From positions 1-26,373 of the IMG/VR virus record IMGVR_UViG_3300032253_000032: 26,373 nucleotides of DNA. One strand, given 5' to 3'. A model generated the notes under the pieces. That model saw nothing but the letters and a program-made list of their open reading frames with translations, made no database searches and had not been told where the DNA came from. Positions within the stretch are counted from its first letter, which is position 1, and every line of letters begins with the position of its first letter. Below are positions 25,510 to 26,373 of this stretch, piece by piece. The translations under genes and the position numbers were made by a program. The stretch is from a virus. Lineage: Duplodnaviria > Caudoviricetes.

Positions 25510-26001
25510 ATGCTAGAAAATAAAATAATACCAGTAGTAGTAAGCGATGTGCTATATGATAGTGGATGGATGGCATTTACAGGAAATGGGACTCCAACTA
25601 CTTACTGGGAAAAAATAACAGATGTAGCATGTGATGTGAAGGTATTAAAAAGATTCTCTAATAATAGTATTAATGAAAACATTGGAAGCAATGTGTGTTC
25701 ATTTAATACTGCCACTAATAACTTTTTCTATGCTGGTATTAATTTAGCAAATGGAAGTGTACTAACTTCATCAGCTGCATCTATTTATAAAGGCGAAACT
25801 TGGCTTTCAACTACTGCCACTATAATTGATATAGCTAGAAACAACCAAATGAATAGTTTGCAAGACTTATCAAACTTGATTAGTGTATCTTGCCCCGAGG
25901 GGTCTACACTGCAAATAAGAAGTAATAGTATTTTATTCATAATTGGTAGCATTATGGAATTTAGGATTGTTTTTTTAAAACCTAGAGAAAAGTTTCTATA
26001 A
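25510..26001 (+). CDS. Hypothetical tail-associated protein
   Basis: 163 aa, YDSGW motif, GGAG RBS. Confidence 0.65.
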   Translation: MLENKIIPVVVSDVLYDSGWMAFTGNGTPTTYWEKITDVACDVKVLKRFSNNSINENIGSNVCSFNTATNNFFYAGINLANGSVLTSSAASIYKGETWLSTTATIIDIARNNQMNSLQDLSNLISVSCPEGSTLQIRSNSILFIIGSIMEFRIVFLKPREKFL

Positions 26002-26372
26002 TGAGCTTGTATATAAATGTAAACATTAATGGGGAAGTTATAGAATGTTCGTATATAAAAAACATAGGACATGTCATACCTGATGATTCGTTTAATGTAT
26101 ATCCAGCACCTTGTTTTACCTACGATAGTGTTACTGGTGTACTTGTCTTAAAAACTGATTTTCAAACTGTACTTGATGGCATCACAAGCAATGCACTTTT
26201 AGCTGAGTTAGAACCTTTAAAACTAGCTAAATGCAAAGAGGTAGATACAAATACTGCAAACTCAATAACTGCACTTGCAGGTAGTTTAGAATCTCAATCG
26301 AACAAGCAGGCTAAAGCTTCTCAATTAATTCGTAAAGAAGCTCTTGGAACTATCACAGCAATCGAAGCAACG
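26001..26372 (+). CDS. Partial CDS (runs off window), possibly tail-fibre assembly chaperone-like
   Basis: TAATG coupling; open frame MSLYINVNINGEVIECSYIKNIGH...LEPLKLAKCKEVD... to the window end. Confidence 0.65.
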   Translation, partial: MSLYINVNINGEVIECSYIKNIGHVIPDDSFNVYPAPCFTYDSVTGVLVLKTDFQTVLDGITSNALLAELEPLKLAKCKEVDTNTANSITALAGSLESQSNKQAKASQLIRKEALGTITAIEAT

Positions 26373-26373
26373 A

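Larger units (their letters stand above)
83..26373. mobile_element. Integrated temperate prophage (left part; continues beyond window) with plasmid-type partition module
   Basis: tRNA-fragment att next to a tyrosine integrase; CI/Cro-like switch, initiator, DnaB, DnaG, TerL and tail-fibre-like genes; densely packed, ATGA/TAATG-coupled small ORFs. Confidence 0.93.

Noticed and set aside
21877-26373. Diversity-generating retroelement or tail-fibre shufflon
   Set aside because: No reverse transcriptase, TR/VR pair or inverted fibre cassettes visible in this window

Overview
AT-rich window holding the left ~26 kb of a temperate prophage. The host is probably Campylobacterota (Sulfurimonas/Arcobacter-like), inferred from the host-type DnaG and the TTAAG...TATAAT promoter style. 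The element is integrated at a CAT-anticodon tRNA: only the 3' half of the tRNA is present (83-127, minus strand), followed by a tyrosine integrase. A leftward early arm (1.3-13.3 kb) encodes many small proteins, an ASCH protein, a full bacterial-type DnaG primase, a DUF2786 protein, a catalytically degenerate dUTPase homologue, and a ParA/ParB plus short tyrosine recombinase module, which is a phage-plasmid-like signature. Next come an XRE regulator with operators, two secreted moron proteins, a ~1 kb non-coding structured region with iteron-like repeats, and a CI/Cro-like switch. The rightward arm encodes an initiator, a DnaB-like helicase, a DUF736-like protein with an SSB tail and TerL, followed directly by tail-fibre-like genes. 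The most notable unexplained DNA signals are: (i) a GC-rich 14-mer CAAATGGCGGCGAA in four exact copies, two of which form a 25-bp inverted repeat around the structured region; (ii) five dispersed TTTC-N6-GAAA palindromes resembling parS/NBS with a 2-bp longer core; (iii) an iteron array lying outside the initiator gene. All family assignments come from motif recognition by eye, not database searches.
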